Part shown: positions 39,913-50,248 of the stretch, piece by piece | How positions within the stretch are numbered: position 1 is the first letter of the stretch | How the letters are laid out: each line of letters opens with the position of its first letter | From: an uncultured virus (IMG/VR IMGVR_UViG_3300026167_000080) | Lineage: Duplodnaviria > Heunggongvirae > Uroviricota > Caudoviricetes | Length of the DNA stretch: 64,000 nucleotides | Reading direction: 5' to 3' (one strand) | IMG/VR virus record: IMGVR_UViG_3300026167_000080 | Made by a program: the position numbers and the translations under genes | Notes under the pieces: generated by a model | What the model was told of the DNA's origin: nothing | The model's input: the letters and a program-made list of their open reading frames with translations, nothing else | Database searches by the model: none

Positions 39913-42117
39913 TTAACTCAATACATTATCGTCTAAAGGATTAATTGCTATTCCTTTACATTCAAATAACTCATCACCTCTAACAACAGGACACGTAACT
40001 GAGTCACCGTCTGCATCACCTTCATTGGCAAATTGATGTGTACTGCTGAGAGTAAATACAGTACCAAAAGGCACCAGTTCATTCGATATTACTTTAAGCA
40101 AATCCATTCCCGGTACAGGAATTCTGCCAAAGATTAAATAATCTCCTACAGTATCTCCGTAAGTACTAGGATTTTCTTTACTTATCTTACCGTCCACCTT
40201 CCAATGATAAGAAACGTTATCATTAGCAGGATCCTTCAAAGGATCAAGATGAACTGAATAGTGAGAATGTAGTCCGTAATAAGCAACCGACGCTGGATGA
40301 AGATGAATTTCATTAGGGCGAATAATACCCCAATTAGTAGTACCAATTCTAGCTGATAGACAGATCTTCTCTGTCTTTGACATCTTTGCTGCCATAGAAT
40401 TTGATTCAGCTATTAGCTTTTCTAATCGTCCCTTAACAATTTGGATAGATCTATAAAATAGACCATTCCAACCTTCATCTCGCTTATCTAAAGGAGTCTC
40501 TAATAACATTAGTAGACTTATAAAGTCCCTATAAGTAAGAGAATTTCCATTACGAGTATATTGAATAAAACTCTTTAATGGAATGAATAGTAAAGAGGGA
40601 GAAGTACTTCTTGAAGAAAAGAATAGTAATCCTTTAATATCCTTTTTACTTAACTTTCTTTCTAGAATAGTAAGAGCTGAATCCCAATCTAAAGAATCAG
40701 ATAACATGAGTTCATGCAAAGCATTAGACCTATACTCTTCTCCTCCATCAGGGAATACTACTAGCATTCTTTCTTTATCGAAATCTTCTCTCCAAGTTAT
40801 CTTAGAATTCTCAGTTAAGATTAGCGATTCCCTTTGATATTTATCAAAGGAGGGAGGTAATTGTAATACTGCAGGATACTCAGGATCATTAAGACTTTTC
40901 TTATATTCCCATTCTTCAAAGCTGTTCAAACAATCATAGAATAAGCCCATCCCAGAATAAAGTTCTACTATATTAGCTTTATTTCTACGCATTGAATCGA
41001 GGAACTTCTGGAATAGAACGGGGTACTCACTCCCTAAATATAAGATATGTTCTAGAAACAAAGAGGTCTTCCCAGCAAATGCTAAGGTAGTAGGAGTTTC
41101 TACTACTTCAGTTTGTACTCCCTGCCAGAATGGAACTTCTTTATGAACAATGGATCTAGTATCATCATCAAAGATGAATTTAGGATCATCTCCATAAAGG
41201 TTCTTAAATCCCGAATATATTTCAGGATCAATGTCCCATCTGGAGACATCTACTTTCAACATCATCTCTTCCATCTTAGAGACAATTGTTTCAAAGTTTT
41301 CCCATTGTCCCGTTAGAGAATCCCAGATAGCTCCAGGTTCCCCTAGTTCATGAGCTACTAAACCCACTACGAAGAGAATAGTTTTACTTTCCTCTGTGGA
41401 AATAACTCTTTCCAATTGGAGGTAATTACCTTCTTCATCCTTTAAAGGAATATTCGGATTAAAGACCAATTTACCAGTCCCTGATTCCTGGATTTTAATA
41501 CTTCTATCAAAACCTCCATCAGATCTATACTTACTAAATCCTCGGAATTTCTCTACATCCGATATCCTTAACTGCTCTACACTTATCTTAATTTGAAGAT
41601 TATTGGTAATCTCTGAATGGATTACTTCTATATCCTTCACCCTTCCAGGAAGGACAGATTCCCATCTCAGAATGGGAAGTACTTTATCCTGAGCAGATTT
41701 TATAGATACTAATGGTGTCCCAAGGGATACCAGACTTTCTGCTTTTATAGCAACTACTCTACTTTTTATATACTCTTCAATAGTTAAAGTCTCAGTAGTC
41801 CCTGCAGGTACAGGTATGTCTACTCGCTCCACTGTGATAGTGGAAATGATTCTTTTAGTATCAGGATGACTATGACCTTGACCACTCCCCTCCGGGGTTA
41901 AAGGGCTTAAACATACTCCTACTAAATAGTTGATTCCTGCGTAACGGATCACTTCCCCTTGAGGTGATCTGAATCCTACAGGACTCTCTTGAATTACAGT
42001 CTTTCCGTCCCCAACCCCTAATAAATTGTCTTTTACTAAATCTTCTAGGCGCTTTTGTGCATCAATAGAAGCTGTATCTCCCACATAAGGTTTGGGAATT
42101 CTGTTTACCTTAACCAT
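39913..42117 (-). CDS. divergent two-barrel DNA-dependent RNA polymerase (beta C-terminal part fused to beta' catalytic barrel)
   Basis: beta-like AGINYLVGV, VSLGTPLVSIK, PGRVKDIEV, LRISDVEKFRGFSK; beta'-like KICLSAR...RPNEIHLHP, FGRIP, ANEGDADGD. Confidence 0.8.
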   Translation of the reverse strand: MVKVNRIPKPYVGDTASIDAQKRLEDLVKDNLLGVGDGKTVIQESPVGFRSPQGEVIRYAGINYLVGVCLSPLTPEGSGQGHSHPDTKRIISTITVERVDIPVPAGTTETLTIEEYIKSRVVAIKAESLVSLGTPLVSIKSAQDKVLPILRWESVLPGRVKDIEVIHSEITNNLQIKISVEQLRISDVEKFRGFSKYRSDGGFDRSIKIQESGTGKLVFNPNIPLKDEEGNYLQLERVISTEESKTILFVVGLVAHELGEPGAIWDSLTGQWENFETIVSKMEEMMLKVDVSRWDIDPEIYSGFKNLYGDDPKFIFDDDTRSIVHKEVPFWQGVQTEVVETPTTLAFAGKTSLFLEHILYLGSEYPVLFQKFLDSMRRNKANIVELYSGMGLFYDCLNSFEEWEYKKSLNDPEYPAVLQLPPSFDKYQRESLILTENSKITWREDFDKERMLVVFPDGGEEYRSNALHELMLSDSLDWDSALTILERKLSKKDIKGLLFFSSRSTSPSLLFIPLKSFIQYTRNGNSLTYRDFISLLMLLETPLDKRDEGWNGLFYRSIQIVKGRLEKLIAESNSMAAKMSKTEKICLSARIGTTNWGIIRPNEIHLHPASVAYYGLHSHYSVHLDPLKDPANDNVSYHWKVDGKISKENPSTYGDTVGDYLIFGRIPVPGMDLLKVISNELVPFGTVFTLSSTHQFANEGDADGDSVTCPVVRGDELFECKGIAINPLDDNVLS

Positions 42118-42309
42118 GATTATCTCTCCTTTGCGTTCCCTTTATTTCCTGTTCTATTTATGTATTTTCTGTGAACTACCAAGCGGTGAATCAGAGATTA
42201 CATCGTTGGTTTCTTATCCAACAGACTATACTCCTAGTAGACTTCTTTTGTCCTTCACTGTCTCTTCCAATTAATTTAAATATTTAATTCAACTATAGAT
42301 ATGAAATGA

Positions 42310-42361
42310 TATATCTAACTCAATTCAATAATATAAAGTAAAAAGAATTGAGTTAGATATA
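42310..42361 (-). terminator. 17-bp perfect inverted repeat
   Basis: TATATCTAACTCAATTC / GAATTGAGTTAGATATA just after stop of 42393-44090. Confidence 0.55.
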
Positions 42362-42392
42362 AAAGTTATTCTTTATTTCACCTCACTTCACT

Positions 42393-44090
42393 TCACTCCT
42401 TGAAACTATCAAGATAGCTTCTTACTTTTTCATCTCCTGCATTCTGAATACCTTTAAAAGATTGAGAATAACACATTCCTCCCGTGGGTACTAACGCTAA
42501 AAGTCTACCGCCTAGTTTAGAGATTTTATCAGGATCAAAAGGTAAAGCAAACTCCCATTGATCCTTAGCCAATAGATCTATATCTTTAAGAGATATAAAT
42601 AACTTCTTAAGTAGTTCCCTATCCATAGTTGCTAGGATAGATAGTAAAGTACGTGTAGGAGTGTAGGTCTTCCTCTCGTCTCTATGTATATCTAATACCC
42701 TATCTAAAACATTCAGATAGAAATCTCTTTTATCTTGATGTTCTGTTGGAACATCAAGTATGACTTCCAGTTTTCCTTGTGATCTCAATGTCAAAAGATC
42801 ATCCAATAAAGTATATAGTTCTTTAACTTTTGGAATAAATGTAACACCTATACCTCCTGAATCAACACTCACCCATTTGGCACTTTTATTGGGTAGAAAA
42901 GGCGTCTTATACTTTGTTGTCAAAGTCCTTAAAGCAAGAATAGAATCGCTTGCTTTAGTTAACGAGAGATCCATATAACTATAGATATTCACATTTAGAT
43001 CAAGAGAGCCCAATACTCTCTTCAAATGGTAATCTAACATTTTATGTGGATATCCCACATAGACTTTAGATACAAATGCTTCTGTTAGATATGCCTTTCT
43101 ACCTTTTAGTTCTGTAGCATTAGTAGACGTAGACAAATAACCAAGTATTAATAATAAAACCTTATTAGTATCGAATAATACTTCCTCATTAATCGATACA
43201 TAATATCTAATTTGTTGGTCTCCAATAAACCAATCAAATTTGCAACTAAGAGAAACAGAAGAATAGTCGGGGCGTCTATAACATTGAATATTCATAGTAT
43301 TATATCTACTACTAATCACATTCAAGTCATATGAAAGTAATGCCCCTTCATACTTATCGTTATTTACTTCATGTTCAGTCTCAGTTGTTGAAACCTTTTT
43401 ATTCCCCGCCATATTATAGAGAAAAGCTTCGATATCATGTATCGAAACTTTAGACTCTAATAACGAGTTTAAGAATAAATCATTGACTGTGACTATCTTT
43501 ACTCCTACAGTCTTAAGAAGATTAAATACTTTTATTAACTCCTTATCTTGCTTAACCTTATCAGAGTAGTGTACTAATAAATATCCCCCTTCGACGATTT
43601 TGGAAACCGTCTCATTATTTGTCAATAGCTCTTCTTTAGCAGCTTCATCTGCTCCTTTCTGTTCTTCACTTTGTTTGTCAGTAATACCAACAAATTGGGA
43701 TCCAACTCCTAATAGGCTTTGACGAGTTACTGTTATATCTTTAAATAATTCCTCGAACTCTGGGTTTCTACAAAACCCAAATTCCTCCGTTTCTAAACTA
43801 TTAGTAAGTCGATATACGAATAACTTTTTATTCCTAATTAGGGACTTGTATAAGCTACCTACTGGAGGTATTAATGAGTAGAACAATACTAATGATGTCG
43901 GTACCCCAAAGGCTCCCATCACCTGCATTGATGATCCTTTTAAAACGAATGCTCTATCAATTTCATCCCAAGATTCTAAGAATACATCTTTCTTAAAATA
44001 AGCTGGGTTTTCTAATAGAGGTAATCTAGTTGTCGCCATCAACTGCTCGCGAAGAACTCTAGATTGACTGAGGGGATTGTTGATTTGCAT
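42393..44090 (-). CDS. hypothetical protein upstream of RNAP gene
   Basis: 565 aa ORF, no motif confidently recognised. Confidence 0.75.
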   Translation of the reverse strand: MQINNPLSQSRVLREQLMATTRLPLLENPAYFKKDVFLESWDEIDRAFVLKGSSMQVMGAFGVPTSLVLFYSLIPPVGSLYKSLIRNKKLFVYRLTNSLETEEFGFCRNPEFEELFKDITVTRQSLLGVGSQFVGITDKQSEEQKGADEAAKEELLTNNETVSKIVEGGYLLVHYSDKVKQDKELIKVFNLLKTVGVKIVTVNDLFLNSLLESKVSIHDIEAFLYNMAGNKKVSTTETEHEVNNDKYEGALLSYDLNVISSRYNTMNIQCYRRPDYSSVSLSCKFDWFIGDQQIRYYVSINEEVLFDTNKVLLLILGYLSTSTNATELKGRKAYLTEAFVSKVYVGYPHKMLDYHLKRVLGSLDLNVNIYSYMDLSLTKASDSILALRTLTTKYKTPFLPNKSAKWVSVDSGGIGVTFIPKVKELYTLLDDLLTLRSQGKLEVILDVPTEHQDKRDFYLNVLDRVLDIHRDERKTYTPTRTLLSILATMDRELLKKLFISLKDIDLLAKDQWEFALPFDPDKISKLGGRLLALVPTGGMCYSQSFKGIQNAGDEKVRSYLDSFKE

Positions 44091-44148
44091 ATCTTTCCTT
44101 TCTATTCCCTTTCTATTTCCTTTTTTACATAGGATACCTAACCTCTAG

Positions 44149-44218
44149 CAATTAGCGAATAAAGATAATATTAGTTAAATGATTAACTTAATATAATAGA
44201 ATCTTTATTCGCTAATTG
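44149..44218 (-). terminator. 18-bp perfect inverted repeat with nested inner hairpin
   Basis: CAATTAGCGAATAAAGAT / ATCTTTATTCGCTAATTG abutting stop at 44219. Confidence 0.6.
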
Positions 44219-45133
44219 TTAAATAGGTATATAAATTTTATTACCTACTCTAAAAGGATTAGATACCTCTAATAAATATTTGTTTATGTCAATATCTTCC
44301 CCATCTATATCCTCAAGTCTTCCTAAATGTTTATAAGAAGGGTCTAAGCTTTTTACAATTAGTTTACTATCTAATTTCTTAGGATGTTGATGATAAAAAG
44401 AACTGACAAAGTTGGCATCTTTAGATGGTGTACATATTTGTACTCTTTGTATTTTGTTGATGTCATATCTGAACTCTTGAGTTGCTAGATAGGAAACCTT
44501 ATCTAGTACTCTCGTTCCTAAAGAGTTAACCCTTTCTATGTACTCAGGACAGTTTTCTATTCTATCTACTTTCACTGAGTAAGAAGCTAATCCTTGAACT
44601 TGAATATGAAGTTGAAGGGAATTTATTAGAGATACCCCTTCTGCATTCTCATTCGGATTATGAAGAGAATATAGATAAGGTACTAACAAACTTTTTATTT
44701 CCTGCTCCCATATCCCTAAGGGTACTATGAAAGATACTAAAAACTTTTCATATAAAGTCCCATCTAAATAACTTTGTAGTTCTTTATAGTCCTTCGTAGG
44801 AATATCTCTTATCCAATTGCTTGAATGAGAGACATAGTCTCTATATCTTCTTTCACCTTCATCAGAATTTGTACTGACTCTTAAAGCTAATGGACAGCCT
44901 GCTATAGCTGGTTGTGGCCAGTCTAAGTAAACTCTAGCCATAGCTTTGACTTTCCTGTCAAAAGCTAAGTATTCTCCTAAAATTATTCTTTTGATAGGAT
45001 TTCGATTTCCATAAAGGTCAATTTCTTTTGTACTCTTTAAGTCGTCATGAAGTTTTATCCTGGATAACGGATAGACTAACTCTATAACATTGTCATTGGG
45101 CCCTAAACAGAACTCATCAGTTCTATTAAACAT
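44219..45133 (-). CDS. hypothetical protein, member of in-window paralogue family
   Basis: LVYPLSR; LHNPNENAEGVSLINSLQLHIQV. Confidence 0.7.
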   Translation of the reverse strand: MFNRTDEFCLGPNDNVIELVYPLSRIKLHDDLKSTKEIDLYGNRNPIKRIILGEYLAFDRKVKAMARVYLDWPQPAIAGCPLALRVSTNSDEGERRYRDYVSHSSNWIRDIPTKDYKELQSYLDGTLYEKFLVSFIVPLGIWEQEIKSLLVPYLYSLHNPNENAEGVSLINSLQLHIQVQGLASYSVKVDRIENCPEYIERVNSLGTRVLDKVSYLATQEFRYDINKIQRVQICTPSKDANFVSSFYHQHPKKLDSKLIVKSLDPSYKHLGRLEDIDGEDIDINKYLLEVSNPFRVGNKIYIPI

Positions 45134-45298
45134 CTTCTTTCCTTTTCACCTTATCAAACCTTCATAATCTTAAATATTTTTATATTTATTATTTTTATAT
45201 TTATTATTTCTATATTTATTAAAGGTGTAAAACAATTATTAAAGCCTGTCTTACACCTTTTGTTCAGAGTTGCTAAAAAGATCTAACTTAAATAAAGC

Positions 45299-46192
45299 TT
45301 ACATAAGTCTAAATCTCTCTCTTGCCTCCTCTCCTTCCTCTCCTTCTATTTTCTCTACTTCTAATGGATATACCTTATTACTCCCATCATTAGTGAAATA
45401 ACCTTTTACATCACTAGAGTCTCCCACCATTTGTATTTGTAAATCTAACTTGTCCCACTTAGGAGAAAACTCAAACCATTCCTTCTCAAAGAATCTTTTA
45501 GTAGCTTCTTCTCTAGTTAATACAATATCATCTGGATCTTGTCCCTGATTCGAGTCTTGGAAGTCTTCGGTAACTACTTCCTCATTATTATCATTAATGG
45601 AATCCTGAGTATCATTCTCATTGTCGCCAGTACTATCTTCATTATCTTCTTCTGCTGGCAACTCAATTAATTCCTCCATAATAATACTATCCATTGCATC
45701 AGCAGCCACTAACTCTGCTGTGTCAGAAATGGCTGCCTTTACCCAGTCTTGTTCCTCTTCATCTTCATCCCAATCCCTATGTTCATCCTCATCCTTAGCC
45801 TCATTCTCATCTTGTTTAGCTTTATCAGTTTCATCTGTATTTACTTTATTCTCATCTTCTTCCCGACCGTCAGTCTGAGACAAATTAGTATTTGTGTTGT
45901 TAGGACTTAATAAGGAATTAATTAGGTCCTTCGATTCTTGATCTAATTCAAAGAGTGATAGGACTGATAGAAGCTCTTCATCTTGTTTCAACTGGTTACT
46001 TAAAATTTGGATGTCTTGTTCTAATCTTGATATCTGTTGATTCGCCTCAAGAATTAAAGCTAGGCTTTCTCTATTAGCCTCTAATAACTCTTTTAGATTA
46101 TTTAGTTGTTCAAGTTTTGTAGAAAGATCTGATAATCTTTCTTGTTGCTGATCTAAAACCCCATCAGTTGATTGGCTATTTAAAGTTATCAT
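45299..46192 (-). CDS. acidic coiled-coil hypothetical protein
   Basis: N-terminal heptads, D/E-rich centre. Confidence 0.7.
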   Translation of the reverse strand: MITLNSQSTDGVLDQQQERLSDLSTKLEQLNNLKELLEANRESLALILEANQQISRLEQDIQILSNQLKQDEELLSVLSLFELDQESKDLINSLLSPNNTNTNLSQTDGREEDENKVNTDETDKAKQDENEAKDEDEHRDWDEDEEEQDWVKAAISDTAELVAADAMDSIIMEELIELPAEEDNEDSTGDNENDTQDSINDNNEEVVTEDFQDSNQGQDPDDIVLTREEATKRFFEKEWFEFSPKWDKLDLQIQMVGDSSDVKGYFTNDGSNKVYPLEVEKIEGEEGEEARERFRLM

Positions 46193-46328
46193 TGTCTAAG
46201 TCTCCTATCAATCTTGTATTTTGTTTATTGTTTCAATGCAAATTGAATAATACCTTCTTACTTTATCTAATACATATTTTTATTTGTAAGAAGGTATTAT
46301 TTTTATCACTTATTTTAAAGCTTAAAAC

Positions 46329-47591
46329 CTAAAGCTCTACATACCTTTTGTTGGGTTTAAAAGAATCACTATCTATCTCTATCTTCACTCTCTGTTCCTC
46401 TATACCCTTATGATCCTCTTTTTTGTCATCCTCTTCTTTCTCCCTATCTTTCCCTTGGGTTTGTGACTCTTCAGATGAAGAATTAGGATTAGGATTGAAA
46501 TTAGGATTAGGATTAGAAGTAGAGTAAGTACATGAGTCTTTTTTATACCCATACATTCCGCCTTCAGGTCTTCTATCTTTACCAACTCCCGAATTTAAAT
46601 AACTGGAAGTCATGTTCCTTAAACACTGAGAAGTTATTTCCTTTAGAACCTCAGGATCTTTAATGGGTTCTTGTGTGGATGAAACAGCGTCCTCAAATAA
46701 GGTAGATACAATAGTGCTGGCATAAACCGGGACTGTATTTTCTTGTCTTAGGCGGAATTCTAAGAACATAGGATTCGGTTTATAACTAGGGCTATAACCT
46801 TCACCATGTCCTCCATTATGTCCTTGGTTAGGATCAAGTACCTGAGCTGGAACAACGCCGACTCCTAGGATAGCATGAGGAGCAATATTTAAGGATAGTG
46901 TTTCATAAAGAGTGTCACCGGAGTCGTAGGTACCAGGGACCATATCACATAAAGAATGCATATCAAACTTTACGTGAACTTGGAGTCTACTTCCTAGACT
47001 ACTTATACCTCTACGATCAGTAGGAGGATTTAATAGATCAACAGGATATGAACCCTGTTGAGTTAGTTGTAGTATTAGGTCTATAAGTTGACTATGTAAC
47101 GCATCGGTTAGATAATACCTAAAGTTTTTACGTACTTGTATACATGCTTCTTGTTCGAAGTCTAAATATACTTCCTCTTTCCATTTAGTATCATTAATAC
47201 TTGATGATATGATATCAACGATCAACTCGTGGATACCACCAATTCTGATTAGATTCCCTTCGTCCCTCCATGCTTTTCCAAACCCTAATTTGGATAAGAT
47301 AGTGATTACTTGTATCTTATCGGAATCATTATTGTAGAATATTTGGCAACAATACTTTCTACTCTTATTTAGAAAGTTTATTTCTCTTCTTTCTCCGTCC
47401 TGAAAGAAATATAGACCAGCCGGGGATCCCTCCATCTCTCTTCTTCCTACAAAGTATCTGGCAATACTTTTGGGAGTACCCTTAGACGGCACTTCTCCAA
47501 ACATCAATCTATCTCCTCGTCCCTGTGAAGTGTTTAGAAGTCTCCCTAAAGGGTATACTAAAACGCCGTATTTACTGATGTCCATATGCAA
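46329..47591 (-). CDS. hypothetical protein, member of in-window paralogue family
   Basis: LVYPLGR; YFVGRREMEG..GLY; LLNPPTDRRGISSL..LQVHVKFD; IAPHAILG. Confidence 0.7.
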   Translation of the reverse strand: MHMDISKYGVLVYPLGRLLNTSQGRGDRLMFGEVPSKGTPKSIARYFVGRREMEGSPAGLYFFQDGERREINFLNKSRKYCCQIFYNNDSDKIQVITILSKLGFGKAWRDEGNLIRIGGIHELIVDIISSSINDTKWKEEVYLDFEQEACIQVRKNFRYYLTDALHSQLIDLILQLTQQGSYPVDLLNPPTDRRGISSLGSRLQVHVKFDMHSLCDMVPGTYDSGDTLYETLSLNIAPHAILGVGVVPAQVLDPNQGHNGGHGEGYSPSYKPNPMFLEFRLRQENTVPVYASTIVSTLFEDAVSSTQEPIKDPEVLKEITSQCLRNMTSSYLNSGVGKDRRPEGGMYGYKKDSCTYSTSNPNPNFNPNPNSSSEESQTQGKDREKEEDDKKEDHKGIEEQRVKIEIDSDSFKPNKRYVEL

Positions 47592-47684
47592 TTTCCTTAT
47601 GCAATTTCCTTAATACTTTCTCAAAACAAGGGAGTGTTGATAAGAATCTTTTAGAATTCAGTAATAAATACTTATATCAGAATT

Positions 47685-48281
47685 CTATTCGTAACTCTCA
47701 TCGAATATGATATTAGGCGCTACTCGTACACCCGGTTCAATATAAGTCGGATCACGACCACTTTGAAGAAGCTCTATGCCTTGGATTCTATTAGCTGAGT
47801 AATTTAATATTACTTCGCACTTGGCTTTCTCTTTACAATAACTGCTTCTTACTACATGATGCTCAACATGAACCGCTTCATCATCCACTTTTACTTGTAT
47901 CTGGATATCTCTTATTAAAGACACATTTCTTTTGTCTTTAGGAGGATTACAAAGATAATCCTTTCTCTTATGTTTGATATACTCTAATAATCTCTCTTTG
48001 ACTGAACGAGTTAGAGAACTAGATATACCACTAACTAATAAAATCGGTACACTATCAAGACTTGCCATGTCTTGATGGGTTAGAGACACGATTTTATTGT
48101 CCTTGCCTTTTACTATTAAAGGCGTGGCTCTTATAAATCCGTCGTTATAATGTTCCCTCCCTAAATAAAACGTCCCAGTGTCTATGGGTCTATTTAAAAA
48201 ATATGAGTACAACTGACCGAGATTTAATGTAAAAGGATCTAACATCCCTGAAACAGGAAATATAAACCTCATGCTCATCAT
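47685..48281 (-). CDS. hypothetical protein, member of in-window paralogue family
   Basis: FYLGRE; LCNPPKDKRNVSLIRDIQIQVKVD. Confidence 0.7.
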   Translation of the reverse strand: MMSMRFIFPVSGMLDPFTLNLGQLYSYFLNRPIDTGTFYLGREHYNDGFIRATPLIVKGKDNKIVSLTHQDMASLDSVPILLVSGISSSLTRSVKERLLEYIKHKRKDYLCNPPKDKRNVSLIRDIQIQVKVDDEAVHVEHHVVRSSYCKEKAKCEVILNYSANRIQGIELLQSGRDPTYIEPGVRVAPNIIFDESYE

Positions 48282-48419
48282 CAGCCTCCTCTTAATAAAC
48301 CTTCCTTCCTTTTACTTATCATTAGCACCTCCTTATGACTATCTATCTATTTACCTATCTTTGTCTGATGTATATAAGTACATCAGACATTGCACACCAA
48401 TATAAGTGTTACTTCATTC

Positions 48420-48878
48420 TTATTCAACTATTACTGGGCAACGATCATGAACTAATCCAGAACTATTTAGTTCTTTCCTAGCTTCTATAGTTACGATAGA
48501 TGTGACTATATCATTCTCCCAGTATTGACGTCTACCTCGTCGGATGGCAGCAAGAATATAACCTTTCTCGATAGGCCACCAAATTTCTCTTTCTTTATAA
48601 TGGGTAGCTAATAAGGGAACCCAAGAGATTATATAAGGATTCCAATAATCAGATACACTCTCCCACTTTAGAAAAGGATTAATTGGTAGAGAAGGTAAAA
48701 ATGAGTCAATAATGTTCTCTTCTTTGAGTCTATTTAAAAGACTACTATTGTCTAAACTCGTCTTTCCTAAGTACACCATACTACTCGGTATACTTATACC
48801 ACGACTTACTGACACTTCTCTTTTATGAACGTTAGTGTGCTCAATGCCCTTTGTCCCTGTTCTAATATGTGTACACAT
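48420..48878 (-). CDS. hypothetical protein
   Basis: 152 aa ORF with AGGAG RBS. Confidence 0.6.
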   Translation of the reverse strand: MCTHIRTGTKGIEHTNVHKREVSVSRGISIPSSMVYLGKTSLDNSSLLNRLKEENIIDSFLPSLPINPFLKWESVSDYWNPYIISWVPLLATHYKEREIWWPIEKGYILAAIRRGRRQYWENDIVTSIVTIEARKELNSSGLVHDRCPVIVE

Positions 48879-48957
48879 ATCTTACTCTCCTCTCCCTCTC
48901 TCTCTCTATCTTCATTCTCTTTCCTTTTTGACATCCTGCCTTTCTTAGAATACTGTT

Positions 48958-49230
48958 TTAATTAGTAATTTCAAACCATCCTACCTCCTTACCTTCTTTT
49001 GGGTCTTTTATTTTTATAACCTTCTTATACTTTATATAGCGAATGGCTTTTACATAAACAAAAAGTCTAGATCTAAAAGCTGTTGGAGGTAAAACTTTAT
49101 ACTCACAATCCAATACTTCTATAGATCCCGAGTCTCCTTTATCGTCTATTTCAAGAAGATTAAACTCAGGTATCTTTGCTACTTCTTCAAAATCTAGAAT
49201 GCTATTGTTAGATGATGATTCTTGACTCAT
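48958..49230 (-). CDS. hypothetical protein
   Basis: 90 aa ORF overlapping the end of tmk. Confidence 0.5.
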   Translation of the reverse strand: MSQESSSNNSILDFEEVAKIPEFNLLEIDDKGDSGSIEVLDCEYKVLPPTAFRSRLFVYVKAIRYIKYKKVIKIKDPKEGKEVGWFEITN

Positions 49231-49831
49231 TGTGTAATGCTTCTATGGTTAGATTGGAACTTGATAGAGTTCTGTTATCGCATTTAAAATCTAAATCAGA
49301 TAACAACTTCTCAAAGTCTAAATTATCGTATTGTTCTCTACTCTTATCTAGCCATTCAGTACCTTCAAATATGGGACTGTCTGATCTTTTATTTAATCTC
49401 TTTACTTGATTCTCTTTATCTACTTTTAGCAATAATAAAGAACATTTATGACCTTTACATCCCTTTAGTATTTCTCTATTGTTTTGAATGAATAAGTCAT
49501 AATCTACTAATCCATTTACTACTTGATAGATATAAGAAGATACGAAGGATCTATCACTTATTATTGTCTTCCCTTTCTCTAATTGTGGTATTACTAAGGA
49601 TTCGTAAAGATGAGCTCTATCCATTAAGAATCCATAAAATCTGCCGAGGTTAGATAAGTCCTTATCATAAATTAATATGTTTCTTAAAGACTTTCCTATT
49701 TCTGTCCCTCCTGGTTCTCTTACTAATAGACAAGAATCTGGCTCTCTTTTATTTATCTCTTTATACAAAGAATCAGCTAAAGAGCTTTTACCCGATCCAT
49801 CAGTACCTTCTATAATTATTAATCTTCCCAC
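49208..49831 (-). CDS. tmk: thymidylate kinase
   Basis: IIIEGTDGSGKSS P-loop, REPGGTEIG, DRAH, ISDRSFVSSYIYQ. Confidence 0.95.
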   Translation of the reverse strand: MGRLIIIEGTDGSGKSSLADSLYKEINKREPDSCLLVREPGGTEIGKSLRNILIYDKDLSNLGRFYGFLMDRAHLYESLVIPQLEKGKTIISDRSFVSSYIYQVVNGLVDYDLFIQNNREILKGCKGHKCSLLLLKVDKENQVKRLNKRSDSPIFEGTEWLDKSREQYDNLDFEKLLSDLDFKCDNRTLSSSNLTIEALHNESRIII

Positions 49832-49886
49832 TAAATCTGAACCCTTTTCTTTATTAGTACTCTACTTTATTAATACTTTTATATAC

Positions 49887-50123
49887 TTATAAGACTTTAC
49901 CCATAAGATAAACCAGGGCATTCTTCTTTCGATAATTATCTACCAGTAGGTAAAATATAATCTCCAGTATTTCTTTAGGTATGCGCCTGTTCTTCTCTAG
50001 TTGTCTAATAGAATCTCTAATCCTTAACTCTTGTGTTGGGGGAATATTACAAGAATCTAATAAAGGATCTCCAGTTTCCATATTTGGAATTGGTAGTTGA
50101 TGAATTTGTTCGTTATTTTCCAT
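49887..50123 (-). CDS. hypothetical protein
   Basis: 78 aa ORF. Confidence 0.5.
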   Translation of the reverse strand: MENNEQIHQLPIPNMETGDPLLDSCNIPPTQELRIRDSIRQLEKNRRIPKEILEIIFYLLVDNYRKKNALVYLMGKVL

Positions 50124-50248
50124 AGTTAATAATTATCTCACTACTTTACTTAAACAACTTCATGAATATTAATCATATTGACTTTATAAATTCATTCTTT
50201 ACTATATAAAGTCAATATAACTAATACTCTATTTTATTTATCCTATCA

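Noticed and set aside
44219..47591. 44219 and 46329 as the RNAP beta N-terminal subunit (YPL...GE.P...R...SP.G.YF resemblance)
   Set aside because: The same motifs are better explained by the in-window paralogue family that includes 55824 and 47685; cannot be called without profile searches.
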